From contig CBDCJV010000002.1 of assembly GCA_965217895.1 (NCBI GenBank), positions 3,616,001 through 3,680,000 of the forward strand: 64,000 nt of DNA. The letters run 5' to 3'. A model generated the notes under the pieces. The model was not told the DNA's origin. It saw only the letters and a program-made list of their open reading frames with translations, and did not search any database. This document shows positions 44,742-54,510 of this stretch, piece after piece; the first letter of the stretch is position 1, and every line of letters begins with the position of its first letter. The DNA is from Waterburya sp. (GTDB lineage: Bacteria > Cyanobacteriota > Cyanobacteriia > Cyanobacteriales > Xenococcaceae). The position numbers and the translations under genes are program-made.

Positions 44742-46172
44742 ATGAAACCAGGATTAAACACGTCTCACTTTCATAAAGTTTGTGAAAACGGCTTTGGAGA
44801 TGGCAATAATGCGTATGCCCATTCAATGACTTGGTTTGGCAAACACCTTTACGTAGGAACGACTCGCGCCAATTTATGCCTAATTCGATTTAATAAGTGG
44901 AAAAAAAAAGTAGCCATTGGCGTATGGCCAGTTGAATGCCCCTATGCAATGCATTCAAAAGAGTTTGAATATCTGCAAGCAAGAGCAGAAATTTGGCGGT
45001 TTGACCCCCTACAAAAAACATGGGAAAGAGTATTTCAAGCACCGATTATTGTTGGCAAAACTGGAGATGAGTTGAGTCGAGAAGTTGGCTATCGATGTAT
45101 GACCGTGTTTCGCGGTATCTCCGATCAAAAACCAGCTCTCTATGTGAGCAACTGGGCGCGATTACGGGGAGATGGACCACAAATTCTGCGTTCAGAGGAT
45201 GGAAAGTCATTTTTTCCGTCTTCTAAAATTGATTTACCTGTTTCAAGCTTTCGCGTACTAGTTCCTTTCAAAGGAAGATTATTTACAGCTCCCACGGGAA
45301 CGTTTGGGGATCCTAATATGTCTCATGCCACGGTTGTATTAGAAAATCCAGATCCAATTAAAGAAAATTGGCAACCTGTAAGCGAGTCGAGTTTTGGCGA
45401 CCCAAATAACTTAACTATTTTTGAAATGAAGGGATTTGGCGATCATTTATATGCAGGAACTGTCAATATAAGCGGTATGCAGGTTTGGCGAACTAAAGCA
45501 GAAGGCAAGCCACCCTACAAATGGGAACAGTGTATTAACCAGGGTGCAGGTCGTGGCAGTTTAAATGAAATTACAACTAGTATGTCGGTCTTTAAGAAGG
45601 CACTTTATATTGGAACTGGCATTCAAAATGGTGGATACGACCAAGTTAATGAGATTGGTCCTGCTGGAGGCGAAATTATTCGGATCAATCATGATGGTTC
45701 ATGGGATTTGATAGTTGGAGATATTCGTCCCGATGGTCGGCGACCAATAAGCGGATTGCCAGCAGGTTTTGGCAATGTTTGCAATGGCTATATCTGGAAA
45801 ATGGGCGTTCATAATGGCTGGTTATATGTGGGTACTATGGAATGGAGTGTATTTATGAGATATATTTCTCTAGATGATAAACCTCAAAAAGCAATTAATA
45901 TTATCGAGAAAGTTGGAGTTGAAAATATACTCGAAAATCAAGCAGGATTTGAGTTGTGGAGAACTAGTGATGGTGAAAACTGGCTTCCAGTCACTCGACA
46001 AGGATTTGGGAATTATTACAACTATGGTGTGAGAAATATTGTTTCTACGCCATACGGTCTATTTATCGGCACTGCCAATCCTTTTGGTCCTAAAGTTGCA
46101 GTTCAAAATAATGGCAAATGGACATATGAGCCTAATCCAGATGGAGGTCTAGAAGTTTGGCAGGGAATTTGA
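44742..46172 (+). CDS. Probable beta-propeller protein of unknown function
   Basis: Repeated blades (FGKHLYVGT, FKGRLFTAP, FGDHLYAGT, FKKALYIGT, HNGWLYVGT), GFGDxxN repeats and Asp-box-like RSEDG/RTSDGENW. Confidence 0.65.
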   Translation: MKPGLNTSHFHKVCENGFGDGNNAYAHSMTWFGKHLYVGTTRANLCLIRFNKWKKKVAIGVWPVECPYAMHSKEFEYLQARAEIWRFDPLQKTWERVFQAPIIVGKTGDELSREVGYRCMTVFRGISDQKPALYVSNWARLRGDGPQILRSEDGKSFFPSSKIDLPVSSFRVLVPFKGRLFTAPTGTFGDPNMSHATVVLENPDPIKENWQPVSESSFGDPNNLTIFEMKGFGDHLYAGTVNISGMQVWRTKAEGKPPYKWEQCINQGAGRGSLNEITTSMSVFKKALYIGTGIQNGGYDQVNEIGPAGGEIIRINHDGSWDLIVGDIRPDGRRPISGLPAGFGNVCNGYIWKMGVHNGWLYVGTMEWSVFMRYISLDDKPQKAINIIEKVGVENILENQAGFELWRTSDGENWLPVTRQGFGNYYNYGVRNIVSTPYGLFIGTANPFGPKVAVQNNGKWTYEPNPDGGLEVWQGI

Positions 46173-46367
46173 ATAAACTTAGAGATTTTTAAAAATTGTT
46201 TAAAAAGGCGATCGCGTCATTTGTCATTGAATAGGAGATAGGAGAACAAGCTAGGTTTTCTTTGGGAAAATAATTAAGACTTTGAAATTTGAGATTTTAC
46301 TGGTATAGTTCTTCCAAAATTAGATATGTCAATCAGTAAAAATTTTTATAACTAGAGATTTACACCT

Positions 46368-47708
46368 ATGCAGCTTTCCTCAACTCAAATTCAGGAACAG
46401 ACTATTGCTATTGTTGATGAATTTACAGAAGATTGGGATCTCGATATTGACGATAGTGTAACTTTGCAAACCCAATTAATTGAAGATCTTCAATTTGGCT
46501 CTCTTGATTTTGTCCGTTTAGTAGTAGTTATCGAAGATGAATTTCAACAAAAAATTGGCTTTCAAAATCTACTTTTGCAAGATGGCGAATATATTGATGA
46601 CCTGAGTATTTTGCAGCTTACCGAGTTTATAGAACACCAGCTCAACTCCAATAGCCAGCAAATTGTCGATAGTCCGATTCCGAAGAAAAAAACTAACAAT
46701 CTAGATATTGTCAAAACTCATATTGATACGGAGAAAATGGCTAAATTTTCCCAAGCTATTGAGACCCGAATTAATCAGCTTCAGACAGCCTTACCTTACA
46801 AATCTATTTCTCCCAATACAGTCAATAAAAATCCTCAAGCTATTTTTATTCTTTCCCCTCCTCGTTCTGGTTCTACTTTGCTAAGAGTAATGTTTGCTGG
46901 ACATTCTCAACTTTTTTCTCCCCCAGAGCTACACTTGCTTTCTTACCAAACTCTTGCACAGCGAAAACTTGCTCTTAGCGATGATACTAACGGTCATCTT
47001 TTAAAAGGAGCAATACGCGCCGTTATGGAGCTTAAAAAGATCAGTGCCGAAGAAGCTCAGGACTTCATTGAGCAATATGAAAGACAAAATTTAAGTACGC
47101 CAGAATTTTATAAAATTTTGCAGCAGTTGCTAGTTAATCAGACCCTTGTAGACAAAACTCCTACTTATCCATCTCACATAGATATTCTAAGACAAGCCGA
47201 AGAAATCTTTGAACGCCCTTTATATATTCATCTTCTACGTCATCCCTGTGGCATGATTTCTTCCTACACAGAAGCTAAGTTGGAGAAAATATTACCGATC
47301 ATGAAAAATATTGACTTGGAACGGACAGAAATTGCAGAATTAACTTGGCTGATTAGCCAAAAGAACATCTGCAAATTCTTAAAAGAGATACCGAATCAAC
47401 GACAAATTCAAGTCAAATTTGAGGATCTCGTTCGGATACCAGAACAAAGTCTTAGTCGGTTATGTCGGTTCATGAATATTGAACTTGAGTCTGATATGCT
47501 CGAACCCTACAAAGAGAAAAAACAACGTATGACAGATGGCGTTACCCAAGTGTCAGAAATGAGTGGAGATCTTAAATTTCATTTGAGACAGGGAATTGAA
47601 TCTAGTGCAGCCGATGCCTGGAAAAAATCCTACAGTGAAGAGTATCTGAGTCAAGAGACTGTGACAATGGCTCAAGAACTTGGCTATGATCTTAACCTGA
47701 TTTTATAG
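46368..47708 (+). CDS. Stand-alone acyl carrier protein-sulfotransferase didomain (CurM/Ols ST-like)
   Basis: ACP: LIEDLQFGSLDFVRLVVVIEDEF; ST: FILSPPRSGSTLLRVMFAGHSQLFSPPELHLL, DKTPTY, HLLRHP and KFEDLV. Confidence 0.85.
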   Translation: MQLSSTQIQEQTIAIVDEFTEDWDLDIDDSVTLQTQLIEDLQFGSLDFVRLVVVIEDEFQQKIGFQNLLLQDGEYIDDLSILQLTEFIEHQLNSNSQQIVDSPIPKKKTNNLDIVKTHIDTEKMAKFSQAIETRINQLQTALPYKSISPNTVNKNPQAIFILSPPRSGSTLLRVMFAGHSQLFSPPELHLLSYQTLAQRKLALSDDTNGHLLKGAIRAVMELKKISAEEAQDFIEQYERQNLSTPEFYKILQQLLVNQTLVDKTPTYPSHIDILRQAEEIFERPLYIHLLRHPCGMISSYTEAKLEKILPIMKNIDLERTEIAELTWLISQKNICKFLKEIPNQRQIQVKFEDLVRIPEQSLSRLCRFMNIELESDMLEPYKEKKQRMTDGVTQVSEMSGDLKFHLRQGIESSAADAWKKSYSEEYLSQETVTMAQELGYDLNLIL

Positions 47709-47881
47709 GCTTTATTAAATTTTTGAAAATGTTGAGGCAAGAAATGTCAAAAATTGGCAGTAGTTGGCGAAGGCGATCGCTTTTTCTCAATTTTTCTCAA
47801 TCAAGGCTTAATTCTCACCTTTTTATCTCTATCTTTTGTTAATTATTAAGCTTAATCAGAGAAATATCTAATTTATCCAGT

Positions 47882-48865
47882 ATGTCAATAAAATATGGTT
47901 CTTATGAGGTCGAAGAAATTGATCGCCTCTGGCTTGAAATAAATGACCATGATTGTCTTCCTCTCAAAATATATTCTTGTAAAGGCTCGGGAACTTTTCC
48001 AGTAATTATTTTTTCTCATGGAGCAGGAGCTTCAGAAGATTCTTATAGATATTTAGGCTACTTTTGGTCTAGTCATGGATATATATGCGTTCATCCGTTT
48101 CACAGGGATGTAGATCCAGAGAAAGCAGAAAAAGGCAAGAAAAGAAGCTTTTTGAAACTTATGGGTCAGGTTTTAACCGATCATAAATTATGGATTAAGC
48201 GAACTTCGGAGATTTCTTTGATTATTGATTCTCTATCCTGTTTAGGAGAAAAAGATACTAGGTTAATAGGAAAGTTGGATATTGAGAATATTGGAGTTGC
48301 AGGTCATTCTTTTGGGGCTTATACCGCTCAACTTTTAGGAGGAGCAAAAATCAATATTCCTGGGTTTCCTGAAAAAAAAAGTTTTCTGGATCAACGCATC
48401 AGTTCTCTAGTTTTGCTTTCGCCTCAAGGTAAAGGACAACAAGGTTTAAACGAATCATCATGGGATTCGATGACACTACCGTTTATGATCATAACAGGAA
48501 CGCTCGACAAGAACTTTGCTGGAAAAGGGGCGCAGTGGCGCAGAGAACCTTTTGATTTTGCACCGCCTAAAGATAAATATTTTGTCCTCTTGGAAGGAGC
48601 AGAACATTTTTCCTTTAACGGAAGAGGACTTGAAAAAATGTTGCCCAAACCATCTAATATTAAATGTGATTCAGACTTTAAAGGGCAGCTCAATTCAAAT
48701 TTAAGACGTGATGATCTCGAAATAATAATATCTGAAAAAGTTCAAAATCTTAGTCTTGCATTTTGGAATTTATACTTAAAAAAGGATAATTTAGGTCAGA
48801 TATATCTTAACAAGATTGCCAATGAAAAAGATGAATCTGAGGGAACATGGTTATCTATTAAATAA
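47882..48865 (+). CDS. Alpha/beta hydrolase (chlorophyllase/PAF-AH-like)
   Basis: PVIIFSHGAG, GHSFG nucleophile elbow, TGTLD and AEHFSF. Confidence 0.8.
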   Translation: MSIKYGSYEVEEIDRLWLEINDHDCLPLKIYSCKGSGTFPVIIFSHGAGASEDSYRYLGYFWSSHGYICVHPFHRDVDPEKAEKGKKRSFLKLMGQVLTDHKLWIKRTSEISLIIDSLSCLGEKDTRLIGKLDIENIGVAGHSFGAYTAQLLGGAKINIPGFPEKKSFLDQRISSLVLLSPQGKGQQGLNESSWDSMTLPFMIITGTLDKNFAGKGAQWRREPFDFAPPKDKYFVLLEGAEHFSFNGRGLEKMLPKPSNIKCDSDFKGQLNSNLRRDDLEIIISEKVQNLSLAFWNLYLKKDNLGQIYLNKIANEKDESEGTWLSIK

Positions 48866-49003
48866 ATATAAAAGATAAAAGTTAAGTGCAAAAAATATTT
48901 TTTACATTTTTATTTTATAGTCATTTCAATTAATCTTAGAGATGGTAGTTTTGGATTAAAAAAAGGTCTAATACAATTTTTCACTTTAAAACTGTAGTCA
49001 GCT

Positions 49004-49912
49004 ATGAGAAAATTTAAATTTAGAAATAGAACAATATCAGATGTAGATAACTTTAAAAAGTTACAGTTGAGTTATAGCCTGTCGGTACAAGGACGTTTTG
49101 ATGAAGCATTATCTGAGCTTCTCGATGTTTATGATAATAAAGAATCTTTGACTCACAAAACATCGGTATACATTAATTTAGCACTAGGAAATATTTATTA
49201 TCTCCGACAGAGATATGATGAAGCTACAGAACACTATAATACGCTTTGTCAACTAGATCCTTTAAATACTATAGGTTATGTAAATATTGGCAATTGCTTT
49301 CTCAATATGAGAAGATTTAATGATGCTTTGGAACAGTTCAAAATAGCACTTGAAATAGAGCCTGAGTTTGTTCCCGTTCATATGGGACTTGGGCGAGTTT
49401 TTATGAAGCGTTGTCAGCATGAAACAGCCATCACTTACTTTAATAAAGTTTTATCACTGGATTCTGAAGAAGTTGCTGCATACATTTTATTAGCGCAAAT
49501 ATATAGAGAAAAAGCATATTTCAAGGAAGCTTTAATTTGTCTAGAAACTGCTCTTAAGATTAAGCCAAAAATGTTACTAGGATATATCTGGTTAGGTCAT
49601 ATATACTTGGCTCTAAAAGAATTTCCTTTAGCTGAACAAGCCTTTAAAACGGCTCTCAAATTAAATCCACTTTCTGTTGATGCCAAGCGTGGTCTGGCAG
49701 ATGTTTTAATCGCTATGACTCATTTTCAAGAAGCGATGGATCTTATTGATGAAATACCACAATTAAGTAAACTTGCAAATAATAAAGCTGAATATTTAGG
49801 ATTGGAATTGGCATTAGCTACTCAGAATAATCGATTTAATGAAAGCTGCTTTCTTGACCTGTGGATGTATTCATGTGCTTTAGAAAAACAAATTGAATTT
49901 TTGACTACATAA
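49004..49912 (+). CDS. TPR repeat protein
   Basis: Serial ~34-aa repeats (LGNIYY...DP, IGNCFL...EP, LGRVFM, LGHIYL...NP). Confidence 0.85.
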   Translation: MRKFKFRNRTISDVDNFKKLQLSYSLSVQGRFDEALSELLDVYDNKESLTHKTSVYINLALGNIYYLRQRYDEATEHYNTLCQLDPLNTIGYVNIGNCFLNMRRFNDALEQFKIALEIEPEFVPVHMGLGRVFMKRCQHETAITYFNKVLSLDSEEVAAYILLAQIYREKAYFKEALICLETALKIKPKMLLGYIWLGHIYLALKEFPLAEQAFKTALKLNPLSVDAKRGLADVLIAMTHFQEAMDLIDEIPQLSKLANNKAEYLGLELALATQNNRFNESCFLDLWMYSCALEKQIEFLTT

Positions 49913-50114
49913 CAAATTTATATTTTTAAAACATTAATAGCTCTTCAAAAGTAGTCAGTCGTGCTAATATCATCATTTCTTAGTACATTTATGCCATTGT
50001 TAACCTTTTCTAAGTCCTAAGTTAATTTTAAGAATTGATCCTAAAATTAAGCTTAAATCTTGTATATCAAAATGAAATATAGTACTATGCAATTTAAGCT
50101 TTGGGAGAAAAATT

Positions 50115-50981
50115 GTGAGCATTGAAACGCAAACAGGCAAATATCAATTAACACAGGCTCAGTTAGACTCATTCCACAAAAAAGGTTTTACTGAAATTTT
50201 TCAACTGTGCAAGCCAGATGAAATGGCAAAAATTAGAGCTAAGATCAATTCGGAAGTGATAAATACACCTTCTGATATTTATGGTTTTGATACAGGAAGG
50301 GATCGCCACCTTGACCGCAGGGTTATTTATGATTTAATCACCCATCCAGCGATCGCCGAGCGTGCTGCTCAAATTTTGGGAGAAGATTTATATATCTGGC
50401 GTTCAAACTTTTTTTTCAAACCCCCTGGAGCTCCAGAAACAGCTTGGCATCAAACCAATGTATTTAAAGAGTTTGTTGACCATCCTATTCTTGAGCCACC
50501 AGACTCTAATTCATTATTTCAGCTAACAGTCTGGATTGCTATTGATGAAGCCAATCTAAAAAATGGTTGCGTGCAGCTCGTTCCAGGAACTCACCGCGAA
50601 TTAGCTCCCGTCATCAAAACCGATGAAGAAGTTAAGGGGGATGATAAGTATGGATTCGATCAGCAAGGATTCTTTGGATATAATCTCAAACGAGAGGTTG
50701 CCTTTGACACCAAAGACATAGTAAACATGGAGTGTAAACCAGGGGAGTTTTTTATATTTACTCAACGCACTATGCATGGCTCTCCCCCAAATACTACTGA
50801 TAAATCTCGACTAGCAATTAATTGTCGTATTATTCAAGATAATGTAAAGGCTTACCATCACTTCTTGCCTGAAAATAAAATAGAACATTATGGGCTAACT
50901 TTCGACCTGAGTAAGTGGGGATGTGTCTTATTACATGGAGAAGATCGTCTCAAAAACAATAAAATAGCACTCAGACCATAA
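50115..50981 (+). CDS. SyrB2/BarB-like non-heme Fe(II)/2OG halogenase homologue (PhyH family)
   Basis: DRHLD, WRSNFFFKPPG, WHQT, TVWIAIDEAN.KNGC, GFFGY and TMHGSPP align with recalled SyrB2. Confidence 0.78.
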   Translation: MSIETQTGKYQLTQAQLDSFHKKGFTEIFQLCKPDEMAKIRAKINSEVINTPSDIYGFDTGRDRHLDRRVIYDLITHPAIAERAAQILGEDLYIWRSNFFFKPPGAPETAWHQTNVFKEFVDHPILEPPDSNSLFQLTVWIAIDEANLKNGCVQLVPGTHRELAPVIKTDEEVKGDDKYGFDQQGFFGYNLKREVAFDTKDIVNMECKPGEFFIFTQRTMHGSPPNTTDKSRLAINCRIIQDNVKAYHHFLPENKIEHYGLTFDLSKWGCVLLHGEDRLKNNKIALRP

Positions 50982-51130
50982 AAATCGCCTTAACTTTTAC
51001 TGGATTATTTGGTCTTTCTCTAGTAAACAAAATTACCAATACATACAACATTTACCAAAGGTTATTATTTGTCATTTCAATTGTCTCTTTGAGTTTATTT
51101 CGCAGCATTTTTCCGTAACCCTTGAGTATG

Positions 51131-51282
51131 TAGCAATACGTACTTATATTAGGACACTTGTTACTTACGAGCAGTTCATTTTTCTGTCCTGTCTTGGTGC
51201 GCGTACATGCGGCTAAAGCCTTTGTCTTGCGCCTGTCGGCGATGCGGGGTCGCACCGCTAACCAGTCAACATACTGCGATAT
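51131..51282. mobile_element. MITE-like element with nested GC-rich small repeat
   Basis: Ends TAGCAATACG...TTAGGACA and (reverse complement) ATCGCAGTATG...GGTTAG[insert]GACA; a related uninterrupted copy is at 53985-54034. Confidence 0.5.
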
Positions 51283-51369
51283 AGCTGGTTATTCAGGCTC
51301 AATTAATTGTCAGTGTAGGCGATCGCCTCTGATGATCGAGAAGCTATTTGTTTATCTTATATTGGAGGT

Positions 51370-52269
51370 TTGATGCTGACTCTTACACATACACCTTTTA
51401 CAAAAACCTTTGGAATTGTTATCAGTAGTGATAAGAAAGATTCTATATTTGACCTTAATCGAGACAAAATTACTGAATTATTAGATAATTTTCATTTTGT
51501 TTTTTTCCGTGGATTCAATCTAGATACCGAAGCGTTCACTAAATTTAGCGATCGCTTTAGTCATAAATTTATTGGTTACAGTGGCGGAGCTTATAGCCGT
51601 GAGACAATTAACGACAATGCAACCCTTTTATCAGTTACGGGAAACGACCTTCATCTAGTACCAGCACACGGCGAAATGTACTATGTGAATTCTCGACCAG
51701 ATCTACTCTGGTTTTACTGTGCAACGCCAGCAGACCAGGGAGGACAAACAACAGTTTATGATGCTCGTCAAATATATGAAGAATTGAGTCAAGAAACTCA
51801 AAAATTATTTCACTCTCAACGTTTAAAGTATGTCAGAAATTATCCCAATGGATTCTGGCAAAAAATTTATCAAACCGAAAAACTAGAAACTGCCGAAACT
51901 GCCTGCCGACAGAGTGGACTGAGTTTTACTGCTAACTGCGATCAATCCATTACAACTGAATATATCTGCTCTGCTTTTGTCGAAAATTTCTCGGAAAAGA
52001 GTTATCTATTTCTCAACAATATTTTACCAGTTTTAGAGATTGAGAGCCTGGGACTAACTTACAATTTGGTAAGACTCGAAAATGGCAAGGAAATTCCTGA
52101 AGAAGTAAAGGAAGATTTAAGAACAGTTACGCAGCGTTTAGCAATACCAATTCCCTGGCAGAAAGGTGATGTGGCGATGATCGACAATACCAGATTGCTC
52201 CATGGCAGATTGCCATTCAATGATAAAAATCGCCAAATCTACGTCAGAATGGCAAAATTATTGCCATAA
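51370..52269 (+). CDS. TauD/SyrP-like Fe(II)/2OG dioxygenase
   Basis: HGEMYY (HxE), LWFYC..PA..GGQT and WQKGDVAMIDNTRLLHGR. Confidence 0.85.
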   Translation: MMLTLTHTPFTKTFGIVISSDKKDSIFDLNRDKITELLDNFHFVFFRGFNLDTEAFTKFSDRFSHKFIGYSGGAYSRETINDNATLLSVTGNDLHLVPAHGEMYYVNSRPDLLWFYCATPADQGGQTTVYDARQIYEELSQETQKLFHSQRLKYVRNYPNGFWQKIYQTEKLETAETACRQSGLSFTANCDQSITTEYICSAFVENFSEKSYLFLNNILPVLEIESLGLTYNLVRLENGKEIPEEVKEDLRTVTQRLAIPIPWQKGDVAMIDNTRLLHGRLPFNDKNRQIYVRMAKLLP

Positions 52270-52525
52270 CAAGCAGCAGGTACATCAGCTGGCTTATGGT
52301 TGCAATTTATACCATCGCAGAGAAAGGACTTGTCCGCATCTGGCGAAGGAGCAGGAGAGCAAAGGGGGAAAAGATTATTTCTATCTATCTAGCTACTTTT
52401 GAGAAATGGTATTATATCTAAAATCTGAAAACCTACTTTAAAACTTAGGATCTCAAACAGCTTTTAAACCTTGTGTCTTCTGCCTTCATACAGCTTTTAA
52501 ATAACATATCCCAACAGGATTTAGT

Positions 52526-53809
52526 ATGAAACCTTTATTTAAATCGATTGCGCAACGCAAATCTTATCTTTCTCTCCCCATATTACTGTTGCTTTTTGGT
52601 AGTTTAACTGCTTGTTCCTCTGCAACTCTCAGTAGTCCTAGTCCTACCCTAGCTGATTCTGACAATTCTGCTTTGCACTCTAATTCTACTAATTCAAACT
52701 CTCATCCTACCGATGTAAAATATATGGCTTCCACCTCTAGATACCAACCAGAGTCTGCTAAATATCAAGTTGAAAATGCAGATAACCTTTCTCTAACTAC
52801 TCCCAGCGGTAGAAAATTACCTCTCAAAGTTTATTATCCTCAGGCGCAAGGAAAATTCCCCGTTATTATCTTTTCTCATGGCGCAGCAGGCTCAAAAGAT
52901 TTTTATTCCCTCTTAGGTAGTTTTTGGGCAAGCAATGGATATGTTGTTATACACCCGACTCATGCTGACTCTGTTTTTCTACCTGGTGGGCAATTTACTC
53001 CAGAAAATAAAGATGAATTGGTTGATTATACTCTGAAAACTCCTCAAGCCTGGAAAGAACGGGCAGCAGATATTTCTCAGATTATTGATTCGCTAGATGA
53101 GATAACGAACCAAGCACCTGAACTGCGGGGAAAACTCGATGCTCAGCATATTGGAGTAGGTGGTCATTCATACGGTGCTTATACTACTCAATTAATAGGA
53201 GGAGCAACTATTAATATTCCCAACGGCCCTAAAAATCAAAGTTATGCTGATAAGCGCGTCAAGGCTTTACTAATGCTTTCTCCTCAAGGCAGAGGACAAC
53301 AAGGTCTGAATGACTCGTCTTGGAAATCAATGACCTTACCCGCTATGTTTATGACTGGTAGCAAAGACATGGGGGCAACCACAGGAGAAGGGCCAGATTG
53401 GCGACAAGAGCCATTTAAATTTGTTCCCCCAGGGGATAAATACCTGCTATTTATCCAAGATGCCAATCATCTTTCATTTAGTGGTCGCTTAACAGGCGAG
53501 GAAGGGGCAGTTCCTTCATCTGCTAATAACAATAATAATCGGGGCAATAATAATCGGAATGACGATCGGGGCAATAATAGTAATGCTGGAGGAAAACTAA
53601 GGGAACGAATTCGTGAACAACTGATAAAGCGTCGTGTTGAACAAAAATTTGGCAGTGGCGATCAAAAGGCGATATTTGGCTATGTCAAAGTTGGTAGCTT
53701 AGCGTTTTGGGATGCCTATCTTAAAAATGATGCAGCTGCTAAAAGGTATTTGACAGACAAAACTCTCGAATCATCTAGTGATGGTGAGGTCACTGAAAGT
53801 ATACGATAA
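52526..53809 (+). CDS. Lipoprotein alpha/beta hydrolase, paralogue of 47882-48865
   Basis: Lipobox LTAC, PVIIFSHGAAG, GHSYG and ANHLSF; Asn-rich insertion. Confidence 0.8.
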   Translation: MKPLFKSIAQRKSYLSLPILLLLFGSLTACSSATLSSPSPTLADSDNSALHSNSTNSNSHPTDVKYMASTSRYQPESAKYQVENADNLSLTTPSGRKLPLKVYYPQAQGKFPVIIFSHGAAGSKDFYSLLGSFWASNGYVVIHPTHADSVFLPGGQFTPENKDELVDYTLKTPQAWKERAADISQIIDSLDEITNQAPELRGKLDAQHIGVGGHSYGAYTTQLIGGATINIPNGPKNQSYADKRVKALLMLSPQGRGQQGLNDSSWKSMTLPAMFMTGSKDMGATTGEGPDWRQEPFKFVPPGDKYLLFIQDANHLSFSGRLTGEEGAVPSSANNNNNRGNNNRNDDRGNNSNAGGKLRERIREQLIKRRVEQKFGSGDQKAIFGYVKVGSLAFWDAYLKNDAAAKRYLTDKTLESSSDGEVTESIR

Positions 53810-54510
53810 GCAATTTTTGGCGTTGGTAATTTAACGTATAACGTACAAAGTATTTTTGTTTGTAGCTATTAGTTCTTAGCTTTTTAAATTCACGCTTTGA
53901 TCTGTAAACCTCAAAAATCATACCTGGATTTACCAAAGCCTAATTTTTTAGTCTCAGCTTGTACAGAGTTATGAAGAATTTTAGATATTGCAGTACGTTA
54001 ATTGGTTAGGAAAATTTAATTGCTCGTAAGTAACCAAGGGGTATCCCCCGCAGGGAGCGTCCTAGCACAGCCTCATCCTGCTATACCAGTAAGAGCAGTT
54101 GGGACGGTTGAGGCAACTTTAAAAACCCAATTTACCGTTAGCCATCTTAATTTCCAACAAGAGTCAAACACCTATTATTTCCTTAACAATCAATTTTTGT
54201 CCAAACCATTGTTTAAAGCAAGATCGAGAAATTTAAACATGGCGATCGCCATAACTTTATAGCTTTTAAAACTAAAACTGGGAAAACCAGAATCGGGCGG
54301 TTGGGGTATCCTACCTAACTACGTGCTTTTGTTCTCGCTACAATTACATTAAATCAAAGGATAGAGTTTCTAAATCTTAATCTACCTATAGACAACGAAC
54401 TTTTAAGCCCAATCTCTCCTAGATATAGTTAGATTAGGCATATATTTTTCAGCAATAAATCAAATTATTAGAGTAAAGTTTTTATCCCCTAGTTAAGCGA
54501 GAAGAAAAAT

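Noticed and set aside
54038..54114. HDV-like ribozyme assignment on the - strand
   Set aside because: Helix order is similar but P1.1, P4 and the catalytic J4/2 strand are not evident; kept only as an unassigned structure
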